Part shown: positions 1 to 9,696 of the stretch, in pieces
Numbering within the stretch: the stretch's first letter is position 1
Layout of the letters: each line of letters begins with the position of its first letter
DNA from: a bacterium
GTDB lineage: Bacteria; Calescibacteriota; Calescibacteriia; Calescibacteriales; Calescibacteriaceae
Assembly: GCA_030550715.1 (NCBI GenBank)
Contig: JAUQOU010000008.1
Span: forward strand, 1-58,856
Direction of reading: 5' to 3'
Length of the DNA: 58,856 nucleotides
Translations under genes and position numbers: made by a program
The notes under the pieces: generated by a model
Database searches by the model: none
Told to the model about the DNA's origin: nothing
What the model saw: only the letters and a program-made list of their open reading frames with translations

Positions 1-1
1 C

Positions 2-298
2 AAAGTAAAAATTACCCCTTTGAGAGATAAGGTTGTTGTCAAAAGAGTTGAAGAAGAAGAACAGAAAACCCCAGGTGGAATAATAATTCCTGATACCGCA
101 AAAGAAAAACCACAAATAGGTGAAGTAGTAGCAGTTGGTAAAGGAAAAATTCTTCAAGATGGTAAAGTGATCCCACCAGAAGTAAAGGTGGGAGATAGGG
201 TCCTTTTTGCAAAATATGCCGGTACTGAAATTAAAATAGAAGGAGAAGAATACCTTATAATGTCAGAAGATGAAATACTTGGTATTATAGAAAAATAA
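2..298 (+). CDS. groES: Co-chaperonin GroES (5' end cut by window edge)
   Basis: Frame is open from base 2 ([15 protein letters not shown]...[24 protein letters not shown]); directly upstream of groEL. Confidence 0.97.
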   Translation, partial: KVKITPLRDKVVVKRVEEEEQKTPGGIIIPDTAKEKPQIGEVVAVGKGKILQDGKVIPPEVKVGDRVLFAKYAGTEIKIEGEEYLIMSEDEILGIIEK

Positions 299-349
299 AA
301 TTGCCTTTATTTTTTGATTTTTTATTTCAAAGAAAGGAGGTGAGAAGTT

Positions 350-1993
350 ATGGCAGCAAAAGAAGTACTCTTTGACGTAGAAGCAAGAGAAAAAATATTA
401 AGAGGAGTTGAAAAAATAGCAAGTGCAGTCAGGGTAACACTTGGACCTGGTGGAAGAAACGTGATACTTGAAAAAACATTTGGAGCTCCAACGGTAACAA
501 GAGACGGGGTCACAGTAGCAAAAGAAATAGAGCTTGAAGATAAATTCGAGAACCTCGGTGCGCAACTTGTAAGAGAAGTATGCTCAAAAACAAACGATGT
601 AGCAGGAGATGGAACAACAACCTCAGCGGTCCTCGCCCATGCGATATTCACAAAAGGGCTAAAGCTCATCTCCGCAGGTGCTAACCCCGTAAACCTCAAA
701 AAAGGAATAGAAATAGCGGTAGAAAAATGTGTAGAAGAACTCAAAAAAATGGCAAAAGAAATCAAATCAAGATCTGAAATAGAAAATGTAGCCAGAATAG
801 CTTCAAACCAGGATTATGAAATAGGCAAAATAGTCGCAGACGCAATAGAAAAAGTAGGGAAAGAAGGAGTGATAACAATAGAAGAAGCAAAAGGAACAGA
901 GACAACATGGGAAGCAGTAGAAGGAATGCAGTTTGACAGAGGTTACCTTTCTCCTTACTTCATAACAGACCCAGATAGAATGGAATGTGTCCTTGAAGAC
1001 CCCTATATATTGATATACGAGAAGAAAATATCATCTGTAAAAGACCTTGTGCCACTTCTTGAGCAGATTGTAAGAGATGGGAAACCACTTCTTATCATCT
1101 CCGAAGATGTAGAAGGTGAAGCTCTTGCAACACTCGTTGTCAACAAATTAAGAGGAGTTCTCAAATGCTGTGCGGTAAAGGCACCAGGGTTTGGAGAGAG
1201 AAGAAAAGCTATGATGGAAGACATAGCAATACTTACAGGAGGAAGGTTCATCGCAGAAGAGCTTGGTATCAAACTTGAAAACGTCCAACTTTCTGACCTC
1301 GGTAGAGCAAAGAAAGTAGTCGTAGATAAAGAGCACACAACAATAATAGGTGGAGCGGGTAAAAAATCAGAAATAGAAGCAAGAATAAACCAGATAAGAA
1401 AGGCGATTCAAGAGACAACTTCTGACTATGATAGAGAGAAGTTGCAGGAAAGACTCGCAAAGCTCGCCGGAGGAGTCGCAATAGTATATGTGGGAGCTCC
1501 AACAGAACCTGCTATGAAAGAGAAGAAGATGAGAGTTGAAGATGCAGTGAATGCTACACGTGCAGCTGTTGAAGAAGGAATAGTCCCCGGAGGAGGAGTC
1601 GCCTTCATAAAATGTATTCCCGCACTTGAAAAACTCCTTGAGGAAGAGAAAAACGATGATGTAAAACTCGGCATAAAAATAGTGAAAGAAGCAATAGAAG
1701 AACCCCTGAGATGGATAGCAAGAAACGCAGGATATGAAGGTTCAATAATAGTTGAGAAAATAAAAGATAAGATAAGACAAGACCCGAAGTCCAACCCGGG
1801 TTTTGATGCTCTTCAAGGCAGATTCGTTGACGACATGCTTTCAGCAGGAATAATAGACCCTGTAAAGGTGACAAGGTCAGCACTTCAGAACGCAGCTTCT
1901 GTTGCTTCACTCCTTCTCATTACAGAAGCACTTGTAGCGGAAAAACCAAAGAAAGAGGAGAAATTCCCAGCTACACCACCTCCTGAAATATAA
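350..1993 (+). CDS. groEL: Chaperonin GroEL
   Basis: [32 protein letters not shown] and GIVPGGG motifs; SD AAGGAGG upstream. Confidence 0.99.
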   Translation: MAAKEVLFDVEAREKILRGVEKIASAVRVTLGPGGRNVILEKTFGAPTVTRDGVTVAKEIELEDKFENLGAQLVREVCSKTNDVAGDGTTTSAVLAHAIFTKGLKLISAGANPVNLKKGIEIAVEKCVEELKKMAKEIKSRSEIENVARIASNQDYEIGKIVADAIEKVGKEGVITIEEAKGTETTWEAVEGMQFDRGYLSPYFITDPDRMECVLEDPYILIYEKKISSVKDLVPLLEQIVRDGKPLLIISEDVEGEALATLVVNKLRGVLKCCAVKAPGFGERRKAMMEDIAILTGGRFIAEELGIKLENVQLSDLGRAKKVVVDKEHTTIIGGAGKKSEIEARINQIRKAIQETTSDYDREKLQERLAKLAGGVAIVYVGAPTEPAMKEKKMRVEDAVNATRAAVEEGIVPGGGVAFIKCIPALEKLLEEEKNDDVKLGIKIVKEAIEEPLRWIARNAGYEGSIIVEKIKDKIRQDPKSNPGFDALQGRFVDDMLSAGIIDPVKVTRSALQNAASVASLLLITEALVAEKPKKEEKFPATPPPEI

Positions 1994-2001
1994 AAAATAA
2001 A

Positions 2002-3087
2002 ATGAGCGCCTTCCTTCCTCTGATTCCCGTTATATTAGCAGGTGGGGGGGGAAGGCGCCTCTTCCCTATCTCAACTCAAAAAAACCCAAAATACCTCCTT
2101 AAAATAAACTCTTCAAAATCTCTCATTGAAGAAACAATAGAAAGAGCAATACTGTGCCAGAAAGAAATAAATAAATCAGAAGTTTATCCCATCTTCATTG
2201 TAAGCAACATAAAGCACAAAAACAAAATAAAAAGGGTAATTCAGAAACTCAAAAGAACCAAAGCAAAAAATAACAACAGCACTCGCAAATTAAAAATTGA
2301 GTATCTTTTTGAACCGCTTATGAAAAACACCGCTCCCGCAATATGCTACTCTGCCCTGAAAATCCAAGAAAAGTTCAAAGATGCAGTTCTGCTGATTTTA
2401 CCATCAGACCACAAAATACAAGACAACAATAAATTCAAAGAAGCTATAAAATCAGCTTACGAGGTAGCAAAAGAGAACTTTATCGTAACACTCGGAATTA
2501 CCCCACAATATGCAGAAACAGGATATGGCTACATAAAAATATCAGAAAAAAAGTTGAAAGATAAAGATAATGTCTTTGAAGTTGAAAAATTTACAGAAAA
2601 ACCATCAAAAGAGAAAGCAGAGGAGTTTATGAAGTCGGGAAAGTATTTCTGGAATGCTGGGATATTTATAGCAAGAACTTCTACTATACTTGAAGAACTG
2701 GGAAAATACACCCCAATTCCAAACATAATGAAAGAAAATAGCATAAAAAAGGCGTACCAAATTGTGCCGGAAATCTCAATAGATTATGCGGTCTGCGAGA
2801 AGTCAAAAAAAATGGCTTGCGTTGTTGCAGATTTCAGATGGTCAGATGTCGGCTCCTTCAAAGCAATAAAAGAACTATTCCAAAATGATGAGAACGGAAA
2901 CTCAGGAAATGCTGACTTCATAGAATGCAAAAACTCACTCGTGTTCTCACAAAATAACAAAAGAAAAAAAATAATACTTTTCGGAGTCGAAAATTTAGTA
3001 ATAGCAGAAGGAGAAAATTTCTTACTCGTAACCTCCCTTGAAAAAAGCCAAGACATAAAAAAGATATCTGAAAAATACGATAAATAA
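2002..3087 (+). CDS. manC: Mannose-1-phosphate guanylyltransferase (no PMI domain)
   Basis: ILAGG.G.RL.P, EP..KNTAPAI, LPSDH, ETGYGYI, FTEKP, WNAGIF, SIDYAV.EK and WSDVGS motifs. Confidence 0.92.
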   Translation: MSAFLPLIPVILAGGGGRRLFPISTQKNPKYLLKINSSKSLIEETIERAILCQKEINKSEVYPIFIVSNIKHKNKIKRVIQKLKRTKAKNNNSTRKLKIEYLFEPLMKNTAPAICYSALKIQEKFKDAVLLILPSDHKIQDNNKFKEAIKSAYEVAKENFIVTLGITPQYAETGYGYIKISEKKLKDKDNVFEVEKFTEKPSKEKAEEFMKSGKYFWNAGIFIARTSTILEELGKYTPIPNIMKENSIKKAYQIVPEISIDYAVCEKSKKMACVVADFRWSDVGSFKAIKELFQNDENGNSGNADFIECKNSLVFSQNNKRKKIILFGVENLVIAEGENFLLVTSLEKSQDIKKISEKYDK

Positions 3088-3119
3088 TTCAGAAAAATTT
3101 GCGATAATAAATCAATAAG

Positions 3120-3326
3120 ATGAATAAATTTTTGTATTTCGTAATTTACTCTCCCGGATTTTCGGGAAGCTTATTTTTATCAAAGGTTATCAACTCACAC
3201 AAAGATGTAATCTGCCTGCACGAGACAGAAATGTTTGAAGCACTAGAAATCCACAACGATGGGAAAATAGAAACGAAATTCTTCTTTGAACTCAACGAAA
3301 AAAATAAATTTAAAAATTCGTATTAG
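3120..3326 (+). pseudogene. Probable truncated sulfotransferase (N-terminal PAPS-binding fragment only)
   Basis: FVIYSPGFSGSLFLSKVINSHKDVICLHE resembles the 5'-PSB loop consensus (G..RSGT..L...LNSHP.I.C..E); ORF stops at 68 aa. Confidence 0.5.
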
Positions 3327-3338
3327 ATTGTATATGCT

Positions 3339-4715
3339 GTGGAAGACAGAGCAAATCTTTTATATAAAATTATTGATGACATTGAGTTTATTCACTCTGC
3401 CTTTCCTGAAAAGGATTCAATAGAGCAGGCAGAAGAACTTAAAGAAAAAGCAAAAGCTTTCATAAAAGAGAACCGAGATAAGATTGAAATTTTTGAAAAC
3501 AAAGCAGAAGAAAATCCATCGTACTTTGATTGGAACATAGTAAAAAGCGGGGCGAAATTTAATTTTCTTTCTCTTATAATACCCAAAGAGTTTGGTGGCA
3601 AAGGTATAAAAGCACTTCCCTACTCTGTTTTCATAGAAGAGATTTGCTCTGAAACAGCAGGAGTTGGAAACATTTTCGGCGCCCACGCTCTCGGTATGAC
3701 ACCAATACTCCTTTCACCATACCTCTTTTCATTCACAAACATAATAAAAGAGGTCGTAGAGAGAGAAAAGAAAGGTGAGCCCATTTTATTTGCGTTTGGA
3801 TTGACCGAACCAACGGGAGGATCAGATGTCCAGCAAGACGAAGATTGGCTCAAAAAAGCAAAAATGACAACAAAAGCACAAAAAGTAAAAGATGGATACA
3901 TACTGAACGGGAGAAAAGTTTTCATCTCAAACGGTTCTGTTGCAAAATACATAACGGTTTTCGCTCAAACTTCGTCACCAGATAAAATGATGTGTCTTCT
4001 CGTGAACTCAGAAATGAAAGGTTTTTCTATCGGAAGGGTTGAAGATAAGATGGGACAGAAAACTTGCCACGCAGCAGAACTTGTATTTGAAGATGTTTTC
4101 GTCCCCGATGACATGGTCGTGATTCCAGAAGGTTCGGCACCGTTCATAAACCGAGTCATACTCTCAACAACAAGAGCACCAGTAGGAGCAATAGCAACCG
4201 GAATAGCAAAAGGAGCAATAAAAAAAGTAATAGAAATCGTAGAAGATAAAGACGAATACTTCGCACTGAAAATATCAGAAGCAATATCAAAACTCATTAT
4301 GGCAAGAATGCTGTGGATAACCTCATGCACAATAATAGATAAAGAAGGTTCAATGAAACTCAGCCAAAACCCCGTTGTAAAACTCATAGCTAAAATATTT
4401 TCAAAAATAAACTCATTAGACCAAAATCTGACCAGAAAACTTGGAAGAAAATTAGGAGATAGAATGAAAGATGTTTTTTTCAATGTTCTGAGCAAAAATC
4501 TCAAAAAGATAGAATCACTATCTTCAATCGCAAAATTCTCCTCAACTCAACTTAGTTTTGAGGTATGCAATATATGTATGGAGCTTCTCGGAGAAAAATC
4601 TGCTGACAAATCTCTGAAAATAGAAAGATTTCTCCGAGATGTGAGATTGACACAAATTTACGAAACAACAAATGAAGTGAATAAAATTATACTGTGGAAA
4701 AACCTGTTTGCCTGA
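3339..4715 (+). CDS. Acyl-CoA dehydrogenase family protein
   Basis: IPKEFGGKG, FGLTEPTGGSD, LNGRKVFISNG, EDKMGQ and ERFLRDVRLTQIYE motifs; GTG start. Confidence 0.93.
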   Translation: MEDRANLLYKIIDDIEFIHSAFPEKDSIEQAEELKEKAKAFIKENRDKIEIFENKAEENPSYFDWNIVKSGAKFNFLSLIIPKEFGGKGIKALPYSVFIEEICSETAGVGNIFGAHALGMTPILLSPYLFSFTNIIKEVVEREKKGEPILFAFGLTEPTGGSDVQQDEDWLKKAKMTTKAQKVKDGYILNGRKVFISNGSVAKYITVFAQTSSPDKMMCLLVNSEMKGFSIGRVEDKMGQKTCHAAELVFEDVFVPDDMVVIPEGSAPFINRVILSTTRAPVGAIATGIAKGAIKKVIEIVEDKDEYFALKISEAISKLIMARMLWITSCTIIDKEGSMKLSQNPVVKLIAKIFSKINSLDQNLTRKLGRKLGDRMKDVFFNVLSKNLKKIESLSSIAKFSSTQLSFEVCNICMELLGEKSADKSLKIERFLRDVRLTQIYETTNEVNKIILWKNLFA

Positions 4716-4740
4716 CTAACGGGTAAAATCTTTTAGCATA

Positions 4741-6141
4741 ATGATTTTGGAACTTACAAGAGACCTTGTAAAAGAGCTTTCAAAAATTGAAATCCCCGAA
4801 GATATAAAAAAAGCAGTAGCTTTACAGGTAGAGAACCTGAAACTATCAGCAGAGATAGGAAAAAGAAAGCTCAAATTCTCAGAGGAAAAAGCAGATAAGA
4901 TAGGTATAAAGCCCCCCCTCCTACAGATTCTTATAAATTCATCTGCCTCTATGTTATACGATTGGGATGATTACCTTTTTGCCGGACACACAGGGCACTC
5001 AGCGGTCTTTACCGCACTAGCACTAGGAGAAGAATTCAAAATCCCAGAAGAAAAAATAAAGAGAGCTATCTTTATAGGCAACGAGATAGGAGGAAGATTC
5101 GGAATACTGACTCTGATAGGACCTTTGAACGGACAGATGATGACATACCTTCACGGAATAATATCAGCAACCATCACAGAGTATCTTACAGGAAAAATAG
5201 AGAACATACCCAAAAGAATATGCTCCTACATATCAAATCCACACTTTATACACTTTGAAGGGTTTATGGGAGGGGAAACAAAGCTATTTACCGCATCTTT
5301 CCCGATAGTTCAAGGAGTCATATCATCTCTGTTTGATGTCAAAGAAAATCAATACTCCGAAGAAGGATTTGTGCGTATTTTCTCTTGGAATGATTTTTCA
5401 GAAGACACCATTAAAGCTATTTTCTCTCCCGATTTTTTTCTCACAAGAACACTGATGATAAAAAAGTATCCGGGATGTGCTTATGTTCTTCCACAGATTG
5501 AATGCACCCTCAAAATAAAAAGAAAAATAGAGGAGAATTTTGAGAAATTTGATATAGATTGCATAAGAGAGATTGAGGTAGAGTATTCTATAATACCTGC
5601 TCTGCTTGATGTTATCTCCTCTCGCTATCTTGATTTTTCAAGCCACATTCCAGCTCAGTTCTCAACATACGGAGCTGTAGCACTCGCTCTTTACGGGCAA
5701 AATTTCACCCCGGAAACATACGAGAAAGTTCGCTCACACAAAAACTCCATACTCAAAATAATATCAAAAATAAAGACAAAACACAACACAAAATACACAA
5801 GGAAAATTCTTGAAAAAGTTTCCGATAGCTTCCCTTTTCTTTATGGAGAAAAACCTCCGTCGGTAAAAAACATCTTGAAAGCTATCTCACACTCCCAAAT
5901 AAAAATATCCCACCTTGTGAAGGAAGGAATTTTCATTATCCCCGCGCTGATCGCAAGGAGAACCAAAACAGAGAGAAAAATCAAAGATGAGTTTAAATTT
6001 ATCTTCCCTGCAAAGGTAAAAATTCAATACAAAGACCTTTTACTTGAAGAAGAAGCAATCTCTCACTCAGCCCCTGCAATATCAGAAGATGCAGAAAAAA
6101 ATATTCAAGAGAAAAGAGAAATAGCAAGCAAAAAGGTTTAA
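4741..6141 (+). CDS. MmgE/PrpD family protein
   Basis: NS.AS..YDWDD...GHTG, A.FIGNEIGGR, KKYPGCAY and AQFS motifs. Confidence 0.82.
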   Translation: MILELTRDLVKELSKIEIPEDIKKAVALQVENLKLSAEIGKRKLKFSEEKADKIGIKPPLLQILINSSASMLYDWDDYLFAGHTGHSAVFTALALGEEFKIPEEKIKRAIFIGNEIGGRFGILTLIGPLNGQMMTYLHGIISATITEYLTGKIENIPKRICSYISNPHFIHFEGFMGGETKLFTASFPIVQGVISSLFDVKENQYSEEGFVRIFSWNDFSEDTIKAIFSPDFFLTRTLMIKKYPGCAYVLPQIECTLKIKRKIEENFEKFDIDCIREIEVEYSIIPALLDVISSRYLDFSSHIPAQFSTYGAVALALYGQNFTPETYEKVRSHKNSILKIISKIKTKHNTKYTRKILEKVSDSFPFLYGEKPPSVKNILKAISHSQIKISHLVKEGIFIIPALIARRTKTERKIKDEFKFIFPAKVKIQYKDLLLEEEAISHSAPAISEDAEKNIQEKREIASKKV

Positions 6142-6181
6142 AATCTTCTGTGAAATTAAAATTTTATACTGATAAAAAATA

Positions 6182-6463
6182 ATGAAAGAAAAAAGAAAGA
6201 TAAACAGGTTAAAGAGAAAAATTTTTAAATTAACCTTACTCTCTCTACCTTTAATCACCTCTATTTCTCCTGTATCAAAAGTCCAAGCTCAAACAGCACC
6301 TGCACCAGGAGATCTGCCCTCACCACGAATATATGAATCTATAAGGAAAAAGAAGGAGAAAGAAAAAGAAGAAGAAAAAAAAGGTAAGATAAAAAGAATT
6401 TTCCCTAAAAGGAAAAAATCCATATTTGAAGAAGATGAGGAGAAAACAGATTATCGTGATTAA
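6182..6463 (+). CDS. Small charged hypothetical protein with possible signal peptide
   Basis: Basic N-terminus, hydrophobic stretch, VQA-Q cleavage-like site; fills the gap between two genes. Confidence 0.55.
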   Translation: MKEKRKINRLKRKIFKLTLLSLPLITSISPVSKVQAQTAPAPGDLPSPRIYESIRKKKEKEKEEEKKGKIKRIFPKRKKSIFEEDEEKTDYRD

Positions 6464-6504
6464 ATAAAATTTTTTTCTGCACAAAGTTTTTTCAGATGAA
6501 AACT

Positions 6505-7866
6505 TCAAAATTCCCTTTTTTTCCTCGCTTTATAAAAGTAATTTCTAAAGCCCTTCCAAACATTCAAAATCCTCAGGGTAAGTTCAACCTTATCTCCGAT
6601 TGAAAACCTTTCTCCGTCTTCAAGTTCTATTCCCTGAACATAAATTCTCGCTCCGTTTTCCGTCCTTACAACAAGCATAGGCAAAGGAGGAAAAACATCA
6701 GCATAAGTTGTAAGATAATCTTCGGTAAATGTGAAAACCTCTCCTTCTCTTGACATTTTCTCTTTTGAAAGATTCTTACTTCCGCAGACCTGACAGTAGA
6801 TTTGAGCAGGAAAAATAGAATTCCCGCAGTCAGAACATCTCAATCCGTAAAGAGAGAGATTTTGCTCTCTTTCTCTCCACAGAAGAGAAATAGATGATTC
6901 ATCTTCTGGGAAACCAATAATATCTTTTACCTTCAGGTAATGGCCAAATCTCATTTTTTTCCTTCTCTCAAAGACCTTTATGATTTCTCTATGAGGCAAG
7001 GAATTTCCTTGAAATGTTAAAATTACACCTTTGACCCCGTTTCCGAGACCCAGAACCGCAACCTTATCTCCCTTTTTCAAGAAACCTGTGGAATAAGCAA
7101 GAGATATAGGTATCTGGGAGTTGCCAAAGCTCCCGAATGCGGAGAAGACATCATCTTTGATTTTAAAAGTTCTCATAACTTGCAAAGCGATACCAAAAGT
7201 CGGAGAAGAGAATACAACTTTGAGGTCAGGCGAAAACACTTTTTTTATCAAAAAAGAATACACTTCTGTTGCGACAAATCTCTCATCTACACATAAGATT
7301 TTTCCATTTTCAGAAGAGATGGCAGGAGTTTCTTCACTTATGTGAAAGAAATCATCTACGGAAAAGATTCCATCTTCGCTTTCCGATGTAGCAGTCATAA
7401 AAATCGCTCCGCCTCCATCGCTGAGACCAAAATCAATATCCCACTCTGCTCCCCTTCTTCTCTCACCAGTAGCAATCAGCACACAATCTGCAAGATGAGA
7501 TTTTAGTAGAGAATAAGCAAGCTCAAAAGCACTTATTATACCCTCTGTACCCCCACCGATTGAAATGGTAGCAGTAGAAACCGGAAGATCAAGAGCTCGT
7601 GAAAGCGTAACAGAAGGATTCTTCTCAAGCCAGTGGTTGAAAGAAGAAGAGACAAAAATAAGAGCTGATCTTTTATCTTTTAAGTAATTGCTGAACTTCT
7701 TTACTATTCTGTAAGACGCTTCATAAGAGAGCGTAAGAGGGTCTTCATCATAAGAGCAGAACGCCTTCTCGTTCGGAGCCCTCACCCCTGCCTGATTCCT
7801 TATCTCCTCACCGCTCAACCTGAAAAAAGGAACATAACCTTCAATATCCTTTATAACTATCTTCAT
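6505..7866 (-). CDS. HMG-CoA-synthase-like domain fused to DUF35 (Zn-ribbon + OB-fold)
   Basis: YVPFFRL, DEDPLTL and DGGGA in the thiolase-fold N-terminus; C-terminal CSDCG...CQVCG and GEVFTFT...YFYKA. Confidence 0.85.
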   Translation of the reverse strand: MKIVIKDIEGYVPFFRLSGEEIRNQAGVRAPNEKAFCSYDEDPLTLSYEASYRIVKKFSNYLKDKRSALIFVSSSFNHWLEKNPSVTLSRALDLPVSTATISIGGGTEGIISAFELAYSLLKSHLADCVLIATGERRRGAEWDIDFGLSDGGGAIFMTATSESEDGIFSVDDFFHISEETPAISSENGKILCVDERFVATEVYSFLIKKVFSPDLKVVFSSPTFGIALQVMRTFKIKDDVFSAFGSFGNSQIPISLAYSTGFLKKGDKVAVLGLGNGVKGVILTFQGNSLPHREIIKVFERRKKMRFGHYLKVKDIIGFPEDESSISLLWREREQNLSLYGLRCSDCGNSIFPAQIYCQVCGSKNLSKEKMSREGEVFTFTEDYLTTYADVFPPLPMLVVRTENGARIYVQGIELEDGERFSIGDKVELTLRILNVWKGFRNYFYKARKKREF

Positions 7867-7946
7867 TTCTCTTTTAGATTATTCAGTTGAAAACAAATTT
7901 CTAAACTTCCGAAAACTCTTAAACGACAAAATAAAATTCAAAAATT

Positions 7947-8888
7947 ATGGAAGTAAAAATATTGAAAGAAGCAAGACAAAGAGCAAAAACTGAAATATAT
8001 CAGTGCATAAAAAAGTGGTTCTCAGAAGATGAAATAAAAAAAGACATAACAACACAGTTCCTCGGAATAGGAGAAAAAAGAGGCAAGTTGATTTTATTCT
8101 CAAAGAATGAGGAAGATTTCATAGCTGCCGGAGTTGATTTTGTGAAAATTCTATTTGAAGAAGCTCAAAAAATTCTCTTCAAAAATTCAAGAGAAAAAAT
8201 AAAGTTTCACAAGTTCAAAAGTGATGGAGATAAAGTGAAAAACGGGGAAAAAATCGCCGAAATAGAAGGAAGAATGAAGGTTCTGTTTGCCACAGAGAGA
8301 TTGAGCATAAATCTTCTTTCACGGCTCTGCGGAATAGCTACTGAAACCTCAAAACTTGTCTCCGAAGCGAAAAAATACGGAATAGAGGTATGCGCTACAA
8401 GAAAAACAACCCCAGGACTGAGATTTTTAGAAAAATACGCAGTTGCAGTGGGAGGTGGAAATCCTTACAGATTCTCCCTCTCATCAGCAATAATGATAAA
8501 AGATAACCATATAATATCAGCAGGAGGAATTGAAAAAATAAGAGAAATAATAACAAGAAACAGAAAAAAATCAGGAAAGTTGAGAGATATTATAATAGAG
8601 GTTCAGAAAATGAGTGATTTAGAAGAGGTTTTGAAAATAGCGAAGGAGCTGAAAAATATATCAGTGATGCTTGATAACTTTCCCAAAGATTCCATAGGAG
8701 AAGCTATAAAGAAAATAAGGGAATTTTCACATAATGAAAAAGTGAAAATCTTAATTGAAATCTCGGGAGGTATAAGACCTGAAAAACTCCCCGAAATAGC
8801 AGAACTAAAACCAAATAGAATTTCAGCAGGATATATAACATCAAACCCGAAAATCCCCGATATTTCAGCAGATATAATTGCTCTATAA
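7947..8888 (+). CDS. nadC: Quinolinate phosphoribosyltransferase
   Basis: DITT, ERLSINLL.RLCGIAT, TRKTTPGLR, IKDNHI, MLDNF and EISGGI motifs. Confidence 0.95.
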   Translation: MEVKILKEARQRAKTEIYQCIKKWFSEDEIKKDITTQFLGIGEKRGKLILFSKNEEDFIAAGVDFVKILFEEAQKILFKNSREKIKFHKFKSDGDKVKNGEKIAEIEGRMKVLFATERLSINLLSRLCGIATETSKLVSEAKKYGIEVCATRKTTPGLRFLEKYAVAVGGGNPYRFSLSSAIMIKDNHIISAGGIEKIREIITRNRKKSGKLRDIIIEVQKMSDLEEVLKIAKELKNISVMLDNFPKDSIGEAIKKIREFSHNEKVKILIEISGGIRPEKLPEIAELKPNRISAGYITSNPKIPDISADIIAL

Positions 8889-8908
8889 AAGATTTTTATT
8901 TTCTTAAT

Positions 8909-9694
8909 ATGCAATTTGAAGACATAATCTACCAGAAAGATAAAGGGATTGCAACACTGATTATAAACAGACCAGAAGTTCTCAATGCGTTCAGGACAAA
9001 AACAATTGAAGAACTCTCCTCGGCCCTTGAAGACGCAGGGAAAGATAAAAAAATAGGAGTAATAGTGATAAAAGGAGCAGGTGAAAAAGCGTTCTGCGTA
9101 GGAGGAGATATTCAAGAGATGAAAAATTTTGACTACTGGTCTGGAAGAAATTTTCTTTTAAAGTTCCTGAATTTCCTCTTGCTAATAAGAAGAACCCCCA
9201 AGCCAGTAATATGCGCAGTAAAAGGATACTGCCTTGGAGGAGGAAACGAAATAAACATATCTTGCGACCTCACAATAGCAACAGAGGACTCAATCTTCGG
9301 ACAAGTTGGACCAAAGGTTGGCTCAGTACCAGTAATAGGAGGAACCCAATTCCTTCCGAGAATAGTCGGAGAGAAAAAAGCAAGAGAAATGGTTTTCTTA
9401 TGCAATCAGTATTCAGCTTATGAGGCATTAGAGATGGGATTGATAAATAAAGTTGTTCCAAGAGAAAAATTTGATGAGGAAGTAAATTTGTGGTGTCAGA
9501 GGATTTTAGAATTAAGCCCGCAAGCTTTGAGGATAGCCAAACTCTCTTTTAATTTTGAAAGCGACCTACTTTACCCTTCGTTCCTCCATGCGGTTGAAAT
9601 CCTCTCACAAATATATGATACAGAAGAATTCAAAGAAGGTATGAACAGCTTCTTGCAAAAAAGGAAGCCGGACTTCTCAAAATTCAGAAAGTAA
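8909..9694 (+). CDS. Crotonase of the MenB/BadI clade (2-ketocyclohexanecarboxyl-CoA hydrolase-like)
   Basis: INRPEVLNAF, AFCVGGD, GGGNE, FGQVGPKVGS and VGEKKAREM motifs; directly precedes a BadH-like SDR. Confidence 0.8.
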   Translation: MQFEDIIYQKDKGIATLIINRPEVLNAFRTKTIEELSSALEDAGKDKKIGVIVIKGAGEKAFCVGGDIQEMKNFDYWSGRNFLLKFLNFLLLIRRTPKPVICAVKGYCLGGGNEINISCDLTIATEDSIFGQVGPKVGSVPVIGGTQFLPRIVGEKKAREMVFLCNQYSAYEALEMGLINKVVPREKFDEEVNLWCQRILELSPQALRIAKLSFNFESDLLYPSFLHAVEILSQIYDTEEFKEGMNSFLQKRKPDFSKFRK

Positions 9695-9696
9695 TC

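Noticed and set aside
322-1910. Antisense ORFs within groEL, and similar shadow ORFs across the window (e.g. 34453-35058, 36678-37313, 51890-52417)
   Set aside because: They lie opposite or inside well-supported genes and give F/S-rich translations expected from the reverse complement of purine-rich coding DNA
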